A stretch of 64,000 nucleotides of DNA from a virus: positions 1 through 64,000 of IMG/VR virus record IMGVR_UViG_3300045971_000409; one strand, given 5' to 3'. The notes under the pieces were generated by a model. The model was not told the origin of the DNA. It was given only the letters and a program-made list of their open reading frames with translations, and did not search any database. Shown piece after piece: positions 20,177 through 29,593 of this stretch (the first letter of the stretch is position 1; every line of letters starts with the position of its first letter). The position numbers and the translations under genes are program-made.

Positions 20177-20713
20177 ATGGGGTACATCGCAGTATATAAC
20201 ACTTATGATGGAAAGATAGTACGCAATATCCAGGAATATACCCGAGGTATTGAGTTAGAGGCGGGAGAAGGGGAAGCCTTATATATGGGAGATGCTCTTG
20301 GGTACTCCCATATTATCGGTGGGATTCCTGTATTAATCCCAGAAATAATCCCATTGCCTCAGCTTAAAGGGTCTAAAATAAGTATGATAACTTCGGCCTT
20401 CGAGTACTCTCTCGTCAGTAGGCAAACCAGTTACACCACTACGGGCTTAACGCCCAATATAACTGTAAATGCTGCCTCCCGCGATTTAGATAATGCCAAA
20501 GAATTACGGGACAAGATGATAGAGGAGACCATTGCAAATCTCCCCTTTAAGTGCTTCGATAATACCTATGTGCTACTCACCTTAGCGGATGTAAAACAGC
20601 TCATCACTGAGATGCGTAATTACGGTTTTTGGCTCTACCAGCATAAATGGGAATTATTGGCGGCAGTAGAAGCCGCAACCACCGCCGAAGAATTAGAGGC
20701 AATCGTGTGGTAG
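20177..20713 (+). CDS. Tail-fibre-associated protein (DUF4376-like)
   Basis: C-terminal 'KWELLAAVEAATTAEELEAIVW' is typical of tail fibre assembly proteins; follows gpJ. Confidence 0.6.
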   Translation: MGYIAVYNTYDGKIVRNIQEYTRGIELEAGEGEALYMGDALGYSHIIGGIPVLIPEIIPLPQLKGSKISMITSAFEYSLVSRQTSYTTTGLTPNITVNAASRDLDNAKELRDKMIEETIANLPFKCFDNTYVLLTLADVKQLITEMRNYGFWLYQHKWELLAAVEAATTAEELEAIVW

Positions 20714-20723
20714 TAATTGTTTG

Positions 20724-20738
20724 TGCAATCAATTGCAC
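20724..20738 (+). repeat. Dispersed motif, copy 4 (intergenic)
   Basis: gtttgTGCAATCAATTGCACaaac. Confidence 0.9.
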
Positions 20739-20830
20739 AAACTTATTTACAAACCACCAGGACTGGGGTATATACAGGGCATCACCTCAAAATTATACGG
20801 TCCACCCGCCCTCGTAAAAGGAGTTATTGT

Positions 20831-21748
20831 ATGCAGTATTCCATAGGTACGGTGGCAGTAACCCACGATAGTGCCACAGTAGTGGGCACTGGTACCCAGT
20901 TTCTACTGGTAGTACAAGTGGGGCACTCCTTCAAGCTAGACCTGGACTCTGTGGTTTATACCATAGCGGCCGTAGTATCCGACACCCAGCTCACTTTATC
21001 CGTACCATGGCAGGGATTAACGGGCTCGCTCAAAGGATACAGTGTTGGCATCAGTTACACCCCCAACTTCAATCTTTACGAGGTATCCGCCTCCGATAAA
21101 GATTGGGCGGCCCACCTCACCCAGAATACTATCCGTAAAATTGACAATCTCCTGCGGCTCACCCCAGGGGTAACACGGACAGGAATAGTGGCCCCTACGG
21201 CCCTAACCCCCGCGTGTGTGGGCGAGGTATATCAGAACACGGTCACCGGCATAACCTACGTGGCCAACACGGTAACCGTGGGCGGCTACAAAGAACAAGT
21301 AGGGGTAGTAGCCACCCAAACCCTGACCAATAAAACCCTCACCGCCCCCGTACTCAACGGCCTGGTAGCCTTACAGGGCCTCTATAATAATGCTCTCAAG
21401 CTCGGGGCTTACTACTTCTGGATGTCTGCCGCGGGCAAGTATTTCATGAAGAGCACGGCTCCTGCCAGTGAAACTGATGGCTTTGTTATCCCCCAGCAAA
21501 TAGAAGGTAGCGTGGTATATGACCCGCCCAGTATCGCTATTGGTGGGCTACTGACCACCACCCTGGTCGTATCAGGATGCGCCATGGGGGACTACGTACA
21601 GGCATCATTCTCTCTTGATCTGCAAGGCATAACCTTGACTGCTTACGTTTCCGTAGCTGGAACCGTTACTTTTAGTTTTTTCAATGGCACAACTACCGCC
21701 AAAGACCTTGCTAGTGGTACTTTGCGGGCCAGGGTAACCAAACAGTAG
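20831..21748 (+). CDS. Tail fibre-like protein
   Basis: AAGGAG RBS before ATG 20831; 'YSIGTVAVT..SATVVGTGTQF', 'TQTLTNKTLTAP' fibre motifs. Confidence 0.7.
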   Translation: MQYSIGTVAVTHDSATVVGTGTQFLLVVQVGHSFKLDLDSVVYTIAAVVSDTQLTLSVPWQGLTGSLKGYSVGISYTPNFNLYEVSASDKDWAAHLTQNTIRKIDNLLRLTPGVTRTGIVAPTALTPACVGEVYQNTVTGITYVANTVTVGGYKEQVGVVATQTLTNKTLTAPVLNGLVALQGLYNNALKLGAYYFWMSAAGKYFMKSTAPASETDGFVIPQQIEGSVVYDPPSIAIGGLLTTTLVVSGCAMGDYVQASFSLDLQGITLTAYVSVAGTVTFSFFNGTTTAKDLASGTLRARVTKQ

Positions 21749-21773
21749 TTTTCCAAGGAAGGAGAATACCCAA

Positions 21774-22544
21774 ATGGAACCCACTATTAGGCCCACAGGA
21801 GGTACTTTCGACATGAGTTCTGAGGATGTGGATTCCCGGCTTCGGTCCATAGAGAAGAATCAGGCTTTACATAAAGCTCAGGAAGAGCATCTGACCAAGA
21901 CGGTAGATACTATCCAGGAGGAATTGGCTGAATTTATCAATCTGGCTCGTCAGTGTGAGTTGGTAAATGAAACAGATAAAAAAGTTATAGCCTTACATTT
22001 CCGTGTAGATAAAGTAGCCCAGGACCTAGCCGTACTACATTCCCAACATGAGGCATGTATGAAAACGGGCGATAAGGACACAGCAACCCTCCTAGCCATA
22101 CAGAAGGACGTAATGAGTTTGACCCTCAAGTTCGATCAGTTCAATGGTATGAGGGCCACCGTAGAGGCCAACAAATCTGATATTGAAGCCTTGAAAACCT
22201 CGGTGAATGGCTTGAACTTATCCAAAGACAAGACCGAGAAGTTTGTTATGGGGCGCATGGGTAATCTATTTGATGCAGGATTCAAAATCTTGGTGTCCTG
22301 CATGTTAGGCTGGTACGTTTATTCTAACGGTATCAGAACCCAGCAACCTCCCATTGCAATAGCACCTGTACCCGCCCAAGTACAGGTTCACAACAATCCT
22401 GGTGGTCCTGATGATGACCATGATAATCCCTACAAAAAGAAGTTGGAAGAACATCAGGAGCAAGATCGTAGATTCCAGATTGAGCTTTTGGAGAAACTGA
22501 AAACCAAAGGTATTACTATCCCACCTATACCCTCAATGCCGTAA
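21774..22544 (+). CDS. Hypothetical coiled-coil protein with one hydrophobic segment
   Basis: Strong RBS; ORF track; 'AGFKILVSCMLGWYVY'. Confidence 0.55.
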   Translation: MEPTIRPTGGTFDMSSEDVDSRLRSIEKNQALHKAQEEHLTKTVDTIQEELAEFINLARQCELVNETDKKVIALHFRVDKVAQDLAVLHSQHEACMKTGDKDTATLLAIQKDVMSLTLKFDQFNGMRATVEANKSDIEALKTSVNGLNLSKDKTEKFVMGRMGNLFDAGFKILVSCMLGWYVYSNGIRTQQPPIAIAPVPAQVQVHNNPGGPDDDHDNPYKKKLEEHQEQDRRFQIELLEKLKTKGITIPPIPSMP

Positions 22545-22556
22545 CAGGAGACCATC

Positions 22557-22880
22557 ATGATTTTCGATAAACAGGACAAAGTGGCAGGTTATCGTCGGGC
22601 CAAGCAGGTTGTTATCGACAACCCCAAAGATGGTGTTCCTCGCCTGACTTTCGTGCTGGAGTGGGTTGTTGAAGTTGATGGGAAAACAGTCTCCATTCCC
22701 GCAGGAGAGCTGTCAGAGGATCTCATTGACATGAGTGATCCACTGATAATCTACAACCCCATTGATGATAGTGTCATTATGCCTGCCAACAGTGGATTTT
22801 TGCAGGCGGTCATTTACAGTGACTATATGCGGCGGGTAGCGCGGGAAGCGGCGGAGAAAGCTGCTGAGGCGGTGATCTAA
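22557..22880 (+). CDS. Hypothetical protein (late region)
   Basis: AGGAG RBS; coupled to the next gene. Confidence 0.6.
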   Translation: MIFDKQDKVAGYRRAKQVVIDNPKDGVPRLTFVLEWVVEVDGKTVSIPAGELSEDLIDMSDPLIIYNPIDDSVIMPANSGFLQAVIYSDYMRRVAREAAEKAAEAVI

Positions 22881-23281
22881 TGTCTCTTGCTCATACGGTA
22901 GCACCTGTCCAGTGGGGGGGACTCAATACAGCCACTTTAGCATCTGGCGTATTTCAACAGTCCGACACCTTTGACGTTCTGGCTGCGACAGTAGCAGGAG
23001 TCGCTATTGGTCTATCCCTCCAGATTGACTGCTCCTGTAGTGCCCACGCTCGTCTGGATACGATAGAGATACTGTCCTCCGCAGACGGAATAACCTGGGA
23101 TACTACCGGTAATGCCTACGCCTCAAACTCTTTGCAGGGCATAGCCAGTCAGCACGTAGGGGTAACAATCCCTCTGGCCTATGCTGAGGTACTTCGCTAC
23201 TTCAAGGTGAGGATTACACCAGCGGTATTGATAGGTAGTTCTTACGTCTACACCATCACTTGTAATAAGGTCACTGCGTAA
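22880..23281 (+). CDS. Hypothetical beta-rich virion-associated protein
   Basis: TAATG coupling at both ends. Confidence 0.55.
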   Translation: MSLAHTVAPVQWGGLNTATLASGVFQQSDTFDVLAATVAGVAIGLSLQIDCSCSAHARLDTIEILSSADGITWDTTGNAYASNSLQGIASQHVGVTIPLAYAEVLRYFKVRITPAVLIGSSYVYTITCNKVTA

Positions 23282-25977
23282 TGGCGATTAAGACCATCTC
23301 CAATGCTGGCGGGTTATGGAGTGCTACGACTACTTGGGTGGGTGGTATTATCCCTACTGCTGCCGATGATGTAGTGGCCACAGCAACATCCGGTCCAGTG
23401 ACTATCGGTGCTGCGGCGGTCTGCGGGAGTATCGACCTATCTCTCTACACGTCTACGTTGACCCATAACGCCTTCTCTTTGACGGTGGGTAGCGCCACTG
23501 CTGGTGCTTTGAATTTCTCAGGGGCATGGACTTACACTCCTGCGGTATCAACAGCTTGCAGCATTATTCTTACCTCTTGGTCTGCAACTTATTGGGACGT
23601 ACAATTTGGTGTAGGAGTGCAGCAGAAGCACCCCTATTATATCAGCTTTAATAATAGTTCTGGGCACTGGACGCTGGTAGATGATGTGGCTATGTATGAT
23701 ACCACAGGAACTTATTTTACTCTAGCCAACGGCGCTTTGAACGCTACCGGCAGAACCATCTCTACTGGTATTTTTCAGACAAGTGGTACTTCCACTGTAA
23801 ATCTCACCAATGCCGTTTTAAATGTCGGTTATTCCTCCTCAGTAACCAACGCCCTTCAACTAGGGTCTGCTTCTGTTGTAACTACTACTGGATTGACTAT
23901 TAATTATATTGGTACTGGAAGCGCCACAACATACTCAACCTTGCTGTATTTGAATACGGCGGTAATACCCACACTCAACATTCTAAACGTCCAGAATAAG
24001 CTCTCGCTCAGTGGTACAGCTATCAATATAACCAATCTCAACTTGGGGGCTACAGGACCAGCGGCAACATTGATTATGGGTTTCAGTAGCAACATTGGCA
24101 CTCTTACCTGCACCGGCAGTAACCAAAACAAGGTGTTTATCCGAAGTGGTGTCTACGGCACACCAGTTACCATGACGGTTGGGGATACCACCGGAGTAAC
24201 TTACGCCAACTTTCAGGATATTACGGCGGCGGGAGCAGCAACGTGGAACTTCATTGACGGCAGCGACGTTGACCCGACTCGTGGCACCGTTGGAGATTGT
24301 CTCGGTAATGATGGCGGTATTGCTATCGCCTTCCCCCCTCTCAGAGAGTTAAAGATATTTCAAGTAAGTGGCACAGTATTGAATTACTGGCATTGGAATC
24401 ATACCGGAATAAACCCTGACGTTTACTGGAGACTAGCTGATGGGACTACCCCGGCCAGGGTTGCCCTGCCTCATGATAATGTAACCGTGGCGGCCATAGC
24501 CAATCCCAGAAGATTGATTATAGATATCCCTAATGCCTGCGCCAACCTAACTTGTGTTGGCATACCTTCTGGTAATTTTTACCCCAGCGAAGCTCGCGCC
24601 GTAAATTATTATGGCAACATCAACATAGACAACGTGGGTGGCCTTAGCAGAGGTGGGTATGGTATGGTACTGTGTGGTAGAGGCGATCACACCCTTTCTA
24701 TAAAAAATTTCTTAACTGATAGCACCGCTGCTGGGATAACCATCAACTCGGTCGGAGGTTCATATACACTAGCCGCAGACCTGACGTTAGCTAATCCATC
24801 TAGCAGTAACTTTTTATCTGTAACACTAGGTAAGTTCGTCACCGATGGTTTTACTTATACTGCCTCGTCTTTCCAGTCTATAGGTACTTTGACCCGTACT
24901 ATTGATATTAGCAACTCGACATTGAACTTGGTATCTGGGGGAGGTGGCGCTGCTCCTATCAATCTCACCAACACCGGACTAACTTTCATCTGCGGTAAAT
25001 CAACAATTAAGTTTGGTTACTCAGGAGCAGTAAGTCACGCAGTGAATAGTGCAGGAATGGTTTTTGACACCATCAACTTTACGGGTACTCACACTGGAAC
25101 CGTGACACTAAACAGTATGACGGTGAACAATCTCCTATCGAATGGTACGCCGCGTATCCTGACGATTCCTGTTTCCAACACGGTAACGGTCCTCAAGAAC
25201 TTCAAACTGCAAGGGAACTCGACAGGTAAGGCACAGATTATAGGAGCAGGGAATCTCGTTATAGCGTGCCCAACTCCGCAATCAGTATCCAATATGAATC
25301 TGACTAGGGTGCGTTCCATTGGCCCGGCCCTCTACGCAGATAAATCAATCAACAGCGGTAGCAATATCAATGTCAACTTCTACCCTGCTGATACGTGGAG
25401 CACGGCGAAGACGTTGGAAGCGTGGGGTTTTAATATACCTGACCCCAATCAAATCATATCCGCGGGGCTGCTTGTTGCATCCTATCAATCACCAGGCGCA
25501 AGTTTATCTATAGGTAGCACTTTAACACCAGCAGCATTGTCCGGCATATACGCCGTTCTGGCCGCTACTACTTTACAGAACAGTAACTTTAGTATTACCG
25601 CAGGGGTACAGTCAATTGTTGCCACCGCTCTTCACCCAGACCTAGTGACCGATTATAGAATCACCGTGGGAAGTGTATCGGCTGCTTTCTCCGTGTGGTC
25701 TACAACCACTTCTCAAGGTGCTAGTATATCTCCCGCAACGCAGAGTGCAGTGTGGGATGCTTTGAGCAGGACTGTTGTAACAGATTCTGTCCTTACACCT
25801 GCTACAATTACGGCTTTGTTCTCCGCACTTCATCCATTTATTGACGTGACAGGGGCAATTGGGTTAATATCCGTCCTGTTTCAATCCGCAACTGTGGATA
25901 GAGTATTTTCCGATTATACCCAGGAAAAAACATTCATAGAGCCTAGCACGGTAAAAGTTTTTACGGAGGTAAACTAA
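23281..25977 (+). CDS. Large T/S/G/N-rich beta-structured fibre/appendage protein
   Basis: 898 aa; 'GGLWSATTTWVGGIIPTAADDV' N-terminus; adhesin/beta-helix-like composition. Confidence 0.6.
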   Translation: MAIKTISNAGGLWSATTTWVGGIIPTAADDVVATATSGPVTIGAAAVCGSIDLSLYTSTLTHNAFSLTVGSATAGALNFSGAWTYTPAVSTACSIILTSWSATYWDVQFGVGVQQKHPYYISFNNSSGHWTLVDDVAMYDTTGTYFTLANGALNATGRTISTGIFQTSGTSTVNLTNAVLNVGYSSSVTNALQLGSASVVTTTGLTINYIGTGSATTYSTLLYLNTAVIPTLNILNVQNKLSLSGTAINITNLNLGATGPAATLIMGFSSNIGTLTCTGSNQNKVFIRSGVYGTPVTMTVGDTTGVTYANFQDITAAGAATWNFIDGSDVDPTRGTVGDCLGNDGGIAIAFPPLRELKIFQVSGTVLNYWHWNHTGINPDVYWRLADGTTPARVALPHDNVTVAAIANPRRLIIDIPNACANLTCVGIPSGNFYPSEARAVNYYGNINIDNVGGLSRGGYGMVLCGRGDHTLSIKNFLTDSTAAGITINSVGGSYTLAADLTLANPSSSNFLSVTLGKFVTDGFTYTASSFQSIGTLTRTIDISNSTLNLVSGGGGAAPINLTNTGLTFICGKSTIKFGYSGAVSHAVNSAGMVFDTINFTGTHTGTVTLNSMTVNNLLSNGTPRILTIPVSNTVTVLKNFKLQGNSTGKAQIIGAGNLVIACPTPQSVSNMNLTRVRSIGPALYADKSINSGSNINVNFYPADTWSTAKTLEAWGFNIPDPNQIISAGLLVASYQSPGASLSIGSTLTPAALSGIYAVLAATTLQNSNFSITAGVQSIVATALHPDLVTDYRITVGSVSAAFSVWSTTTSQGASISPATQSAVWDALSRTVVTDSVLTPATITALFSALHPFIDVTGAIGLISVLFQSATVDRVFSDYTQEKTFIEPSTVKVFTEVN

Positions 25978-26276
25978 TGTTTTCATTCAGTAAGCAGCCA
26001 GGAGAAACTATTATCGGGGTAGGCATAGATTTCTCTCCCCGAATTAATGCGTCGGAAACTCTGACAGTACTCACCGTAACCTCTGTTCTTTTGTCGGGGG
26101 TTGAAACTGTTGGTAGTGCTTTAACCATCACCAACAAGGCTGTATCTGGCAGTATTGCCGCGTGTACTCTAAGTGGGGGGTACGATAGTTGCACCTACAA
26201 ACTGACCTACAGGGTAACAGGAACAGAGGGTAGTGTTCTCGAATCGGAAATCAAACTAAAGGTAAAGGAGATTTAA
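25977..26276 (+). CDS. Putative fibre adaptor protein
   Basis: 'FSKQPGE....IDF', 'YKLTYRVT..G..LESEI'; coupled to the fibre gene. Confidence 0.5.
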   Translation: MFSFSKQPGETIIGVGIDFSPRINASETLTVLTVTSVLLSGVETVGSALTITNKAVSGSIAACTLSGGYDSCTYKLTYRVTGTEGSVLESEIKLKVKEI

Positions 26277-26277
26277 C

Positions 26278-26724
26278 ATGGCAGACGTAATTTACAACGC
26301 CTTTAAGGTCAATCAGATGAAGGCCAAATTTCCAGATTTGAGTGTGGGGACTAATATCAAAGTGGCTTTGGTCAATGCTACCTATGCTGCCATCGCAGAC
26401 GAGGTCAAGAAAGACACCCACACCACCTTTGCTGATGTCGTAGCCAATGAAATCACTGGTACGGCTTACACCGCCAGGGGTCAGCAAATAACAAGTCCTA
26501 CAGTGACACAGGATGATACCAACAATCTGGCAAAGTTCGATTTTGCTGATACTACTTGGGCAGCATCGACCATCACTGCCAATGGGGCGGTAGTCTACCT
26601 GGACAGCGGTGTAAACTCCACCAGCTACCTGATTGCTTATATTGATTTTGTCGGTACAAAGTCTTCAAGCGCGGGCAATTTCACAATTCAGTGGAATGCT
26701 GGGGGCGTGGTGACCTTAACGTAA
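26278..26724 (+). CDS. Putative virion structural protein
   Basis: 'IKVALV', 'FDFADTTW..STITANGAVVY', 'LIAYIDF..SSSAGNFTIQW' pattern common in phage structural modules. Confidence 0.6.
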   Translation: MADVIYNAFKVNQMKAKFPDLSVGTNIKVALVNATYAAIADEVKKDTHTTFADVVANEITGTAYTARGQQITSPTVTQDDTNNLAKFDFADTTWAASTITANGAVVYLDSGVNSTSYLIAYIDFVGTKSSSAGNFTIQWNAGGVVTLT

Positions 26725-26749
26725 TCAACCCAAGCAAAAGGAGATCAAG

Positions 26750-27250
26750 ATGAAACCACAGTTTCAGAATGGTAGCATTGATGGATGGAACCTCATTCTA
26801 AACGTCTGCTCGTTGAATGGTACCCAGTACCCGGCCAAGCCGGTTGCTGATCCTCCGAAATTTGAATTTCCACACATGCCAAGTGGCAAACCGGGGTTAC
26901 TTCTGCATCCCGGAAAGTATCTCATGCTGAAAAATGGGCCGACCAGCCCTGAACACAATGAAACCAATAAGTACATCATTCAGCAGATGGTCAACACCAA
27001 GGGTGGCGAGGTGAGTCTCAAAGTACTCTGTGCCAGTCCCAACAATGGCTTCATGAGCGTACTCCTCAAGACAGAGAAGTTCGAGGAAGAGGGGTGGGGC
27101 AAACAGGTAGCCACCGGTTACACTACCAAATGGATGCCACTCAAGTTCACCATACCGCCAGGTCAGTGTCTCATCACGCTGTTTTTCGGCGGGGACGCAA
27201 ATCAAACTGGTGCCAATATGTGCATCGACGAGTTTTACCTCCCCGAGTAA
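26750..27250 (+). CDS. Hypothetical protein (possible carbohydrate-binding jelly-roll)
   Basis: Strong RBS; 'FQNGSIDGW'...'CIDEF' termini. Confidence 0.5.
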   Translation: MKPQFQNGSIDGWNLILNVCSLNGTQYPAKPVADPPKFEFPHMPSGKPGLLLHPGKYLMLKNGPTSPEHNETNKYIIQQMVNTKGGEVSLKVLCASPNNGFMSVLLKTEKFEEEGWGKQVATGYTTKWMPLKFTIPPGQCLITLFFGGDANQTGANMCIDEFYLPE

Positions 27251-27259
27251 GGAGGCACC

Positions 27260-27379
27260 ATGAACACCATCTGTCCTTACGCAGGGTACACTGAACACTG
27301 CCCTAAATGCGCTAACTTCGGAATTGCTTGGCACCTGTATCATTGCCCCCTGCGGAGGACAGTAGATGAAAAAAATTAA
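27260..27379 (+). CDS. Small Cys/His-rich protein (39 aa), absent from the ORF track
   Basis: TAAGGAGG RBS; MNTICPYAGYTEHCPKCANFGIAWHLYHCPLRRTVDEKN. Confidence 0.5.
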   Translation: MNTICPYAGYTEHCPKCANFGIAWHLYHCPLRRTVDEKN

Positions 27380-27599
27380 GTTGTACCTCAGGAACCACCT
27401 GCTAGTTAGGGACTTAACCCTGAATGTTTGGTTAGGGGGGTCTCCCTATGAGCCCATCAGTTCAAGGGTGTGGCGTAACAGGGATAAGCGGGGGATGCGT
27501 TACGTGGTCTATCTGATTGACCTAATATTTGGGGCCAATCACTGCATGGCCTCAGCAAAACGAGTTGAATACTATGAAGGGTACGAGGTGATTCGATGA
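27366..27599 (+). CDS. Hypothetical phage protein adjacent to the lysis genes
   Basis: GGAGG RBS; 'GGSPYEPISSRVWR...IDLIFGANHC'. Confidence 0.6.
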   Translation: MKKIKLYLRNHLLVRDLTLNVWLGGSPYEPISSRVWRNRDKRGMRYVVYLIDLIFGANHCMASAKRVEYYEGYEVIR

Positions 27600-28072
27600 G
27601 AATGTCCCCCAAAGGCAAAGACCTCCTGATTCAGTGGGAGGGTTTCAAGGCCCACGCCTACAAAGATACTGCAAATAAATGGACTATTGGGGTGGGCCAC
27701 CTCCTCCTACCCGAAGAAAGAGAGACGGATATCATTTACATCAACGCGGCCCCGGTTGATATCTCTAAGGGGCTTGGTTCTGATTTAGTATACTCCCTCC
27801 TGGAGCAAGATTTAGTGCCAAGGGAGGGTGCTGTCACTGATTCTGTATCCGTACCGTTGAATCAAGATCAATATGATACCCTGGTCTCCTTCGTCTTTAA
27901 TGTAGGTGAGCCGCGCTTCAAGTCTTCCACCTTGTTACGACTCCTCAATGATGGAGATTATACTTCTGTTCCCGCCCAGTTAATGCGCTGGAACAAAGCT
28001 GGCGGCCGAGTGGATAAAGGACTAAACAACCGACGAAGCAATGAGGTAGCCTTATGGCTGAGTCAGCTATAA
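27596..28072 (+). CDS. Endolysin, GH24 phage lysozyme
   Basis: Catalytic E-x8-D-x5-T in 'WEGFKAHAYKDTANKWTIGVGH'; 'GLNNRRSNE'. Confidence 0.93.
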   Translation: MRMSPKGKDLLIQWEGFKAHAYKDTANKWTIGVGHLLLPEERETDIIYINAAPVDISKGLGSDLVYSLLEQDLVPREGAVTDSVSVPLNQDQYDTLVSFVFNVGEPRFKSSTLLRLLNDGDYTSVPAQLMRWNKAGGRVDKGLNNRRSNEVALWLSQL

Positions 28073-28545
28073 CCCATCTCACCATACCAGAGATGCTCAT
28101 CGTCATTGCGTATCTTCTCTCTGCCTGGTATTTAGTTCGGACTGGCATGCTGACCCAATTCCTTCTTGATGATAGCGGTAAACTCAGCAACTCCAAACTC
28201 TGGAGTTTCGTTGCCAATGCCGTCGGTTCATATGTGGTCATTCACTACACCATGGACGGTAAACTGACCTCAGAGTTTTTTCTGATCTACATGGGTGTTG
28301 TTGGTAGCGGTGCGGTAGCCAACAAATTGATTGCTTTCAAATACGGTGGAGCTACCGACGCTCCTTCTGCTTCCCACGAGGTACCCGATGCCAATCCTGC
28401 AAATCCTAAACGCAATCCTGTCGATCAAGATAGTCCAGTACCTAATGCTGATACTCCTGACGATCCTGATAGTAATGACAACGTATCTCGGAATAAGAAA
28501 CAAGTGGATAGCCAAAGACCTAGAAGTTACGGGACAACAACTTAA
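28054..28545 (+). CDS. Putative holin
   Basis: 2-3 hydrophobic segments; lies between endolysin and spanins. Confidence 0.55.
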   Translation: MAESAITHLTIPEMLIVIAYLLSAWYLVRTGMLTQFLLDDSGKLSNSKLWSFVANAVGSYVVIHYTMDGKLTSEFFLIYMGVVGSGAVANKLIAFKYGGATDAPSASHEVPDANPANPKRNPVDQDSPVPNADTPDDPDSNDNVSRNKKQVDSQRPRSYGTTT

Positions 28546-28777
28546 AGGGTATAAGGCGGCCACCGCCTTGCAGAATGAGGGTATCTTGCAGATGCAGAAA
28601 GCGGGAGAACAGGCCAAGATAGATGCCCAGGTAGCACGCGAAAAAATGCTCACGGCCATGGCGGACAGCAAGAAAAGAACTGATCGCATTATGTCGGTTC
28701 CGCCCCCTAAAGCCTGTGAGGATGCTCGTAAGTATGGTCTTGAGTTGGCCCGTAAATTAGTAGGGGGTTTACTGTGA
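28388..28777 (+). CDS. Inner-membrane spanin (Rz-like)
   Basis: GAGGT RBS before ATG 28388; N-terminal TM segment, then coiled coil and a C-terminal Cys. Confidence 0.7.
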   Translation: MPILQILNAILSIKIVQYLMLILLTILIVMTTYLGIRNKWIAKDLEVTGQQLKGYKAATALQNEGILQMQKAGEQAKIDAQVAREKMLTAMADSKKRTDRIMSVPPPKACEDARKYGLELARKLVGGLL

Positions 28778-29064
28778 AAACAGCACTACTGAGAACCATC
28801 ATGTATTTTGTGGGACTACTTCTCGCGTCCGCCATCACCCTGCTAATCATGATTACCATGACCAGTTGCGCCCCTAACGTAGTTTACGTTCCAACCCCGG
28901 TCCCCTGTGTGCGCCCCACCCTCCCAGAACGTCCTGTATGGCCCATCAGTGCATTTAAGGGCACCGAGACCTACGGTGAGATCATTCAGGGCTTTGGGGC
29001 CTCTCTGAGCGCGGAGAAAGGGTATTCAGATAGTCTGCGGATACTCATCGAAGGTATAAAGTAA
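28774..29064 (+). CDS. Outer-membrane spanin lipoprotein (Rz1-like)
   Basis: Signal peptide plus lipobox-like 'MTSC', then Pro-rich 'VPTPVPCVRPTLPERP'. Confidence 0.75.
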   Translation: MKTALLRTIMYFVGLLLASAITLLIMITMTSCAPNVVYVPTPVPCVRPTLPERPVWPISAFKGTETYGEIIQGFGASLSAEKGYSDSLRILIEGIK

Positions 29065-29087
29065 CAATCAACCCCAAGGAGGTTAGT

Positions 29088-29411
29088 ATGCCAGCATATC
29101 AAGCAGTAAAATTCTACAGTTCGGCCACTGATGGTGCTCAGTCCAAAGCCATGAGCAAAGTTACCCAGCTCTTGTCAGAGGCCGCCGTGCCCGTAGGAAC
29201 CACCTTTCAGCTCCAAGTTCGTTTGTCCCCCCTGGCTCCGTGGGTGGACCTGCCCAATGCCAGCGTCTTCGGCACTACGCTGTTTGCAGGTACAGCCTTC
29301 ATAATCTGGACTCTTCCAGGTAACTTCCCGTACAACGAGATACGCCTCAATCGCTCGGTAGGTGCCGGTGATGTTAATGTTTGGGCGCAAGGGGCCAACG
29401 AGACCTACTAA
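29088..29411 (+). CDS. Hypothetical protein, last late gene
   Basis: AAGGAGGT RBS; ORF track. Confidence 0.6.
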   Translation: MPAYQAVKFYSSATDGAQSKAMSKVTQLLSEAAVPVGTTFQLQVRLSPLAPWVDLPNASVFGTTLFAGTAFIIWTLPGNFPYNEIRLNRSVGAGDVNVWAQGANETY

Positions 29412-29417
29412 TTTTTG

Positions 29418-29432
29418 TGCAATTAATTGCAC
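29418..29432 (+). repeat. Dispersed motif, copy 5 (intergenic)
   Basis: tgTGCAATTAATTGCACa. Confidence 0.9.
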
Positions 29433-29487
29433 AGAAGTACTTGCCTCAGCAAAGACCTCATGGCATAATAACGGCACAGTAGCTATT

Positions 29488-29521
29488 ACCCTCCGCCCTG
29501 GTACGGCGGGGGGTCTTTTTT
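29488..29521 (+). terminator. Rho-independent terminator ending the late operon
   Basis: ACCCTCCGCC-ctggtac-GGCGGGGGGT followed by C and T6. Confidence 0.85.
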
Positions 29522-29531
29522 ATGAATTTAT

Positions 29532-29560
29532 TTGACAAAACCATATACATATAATATACT
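29532..29560 (+). promoter_or_regulatory. Sigma70-like promoter
   Basis: TTGACA-17-TATACT. Confidence 0.85.
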
Positions 29561-29593
29561 ATAACCATCACACACCCTACATGGAGGTATATT

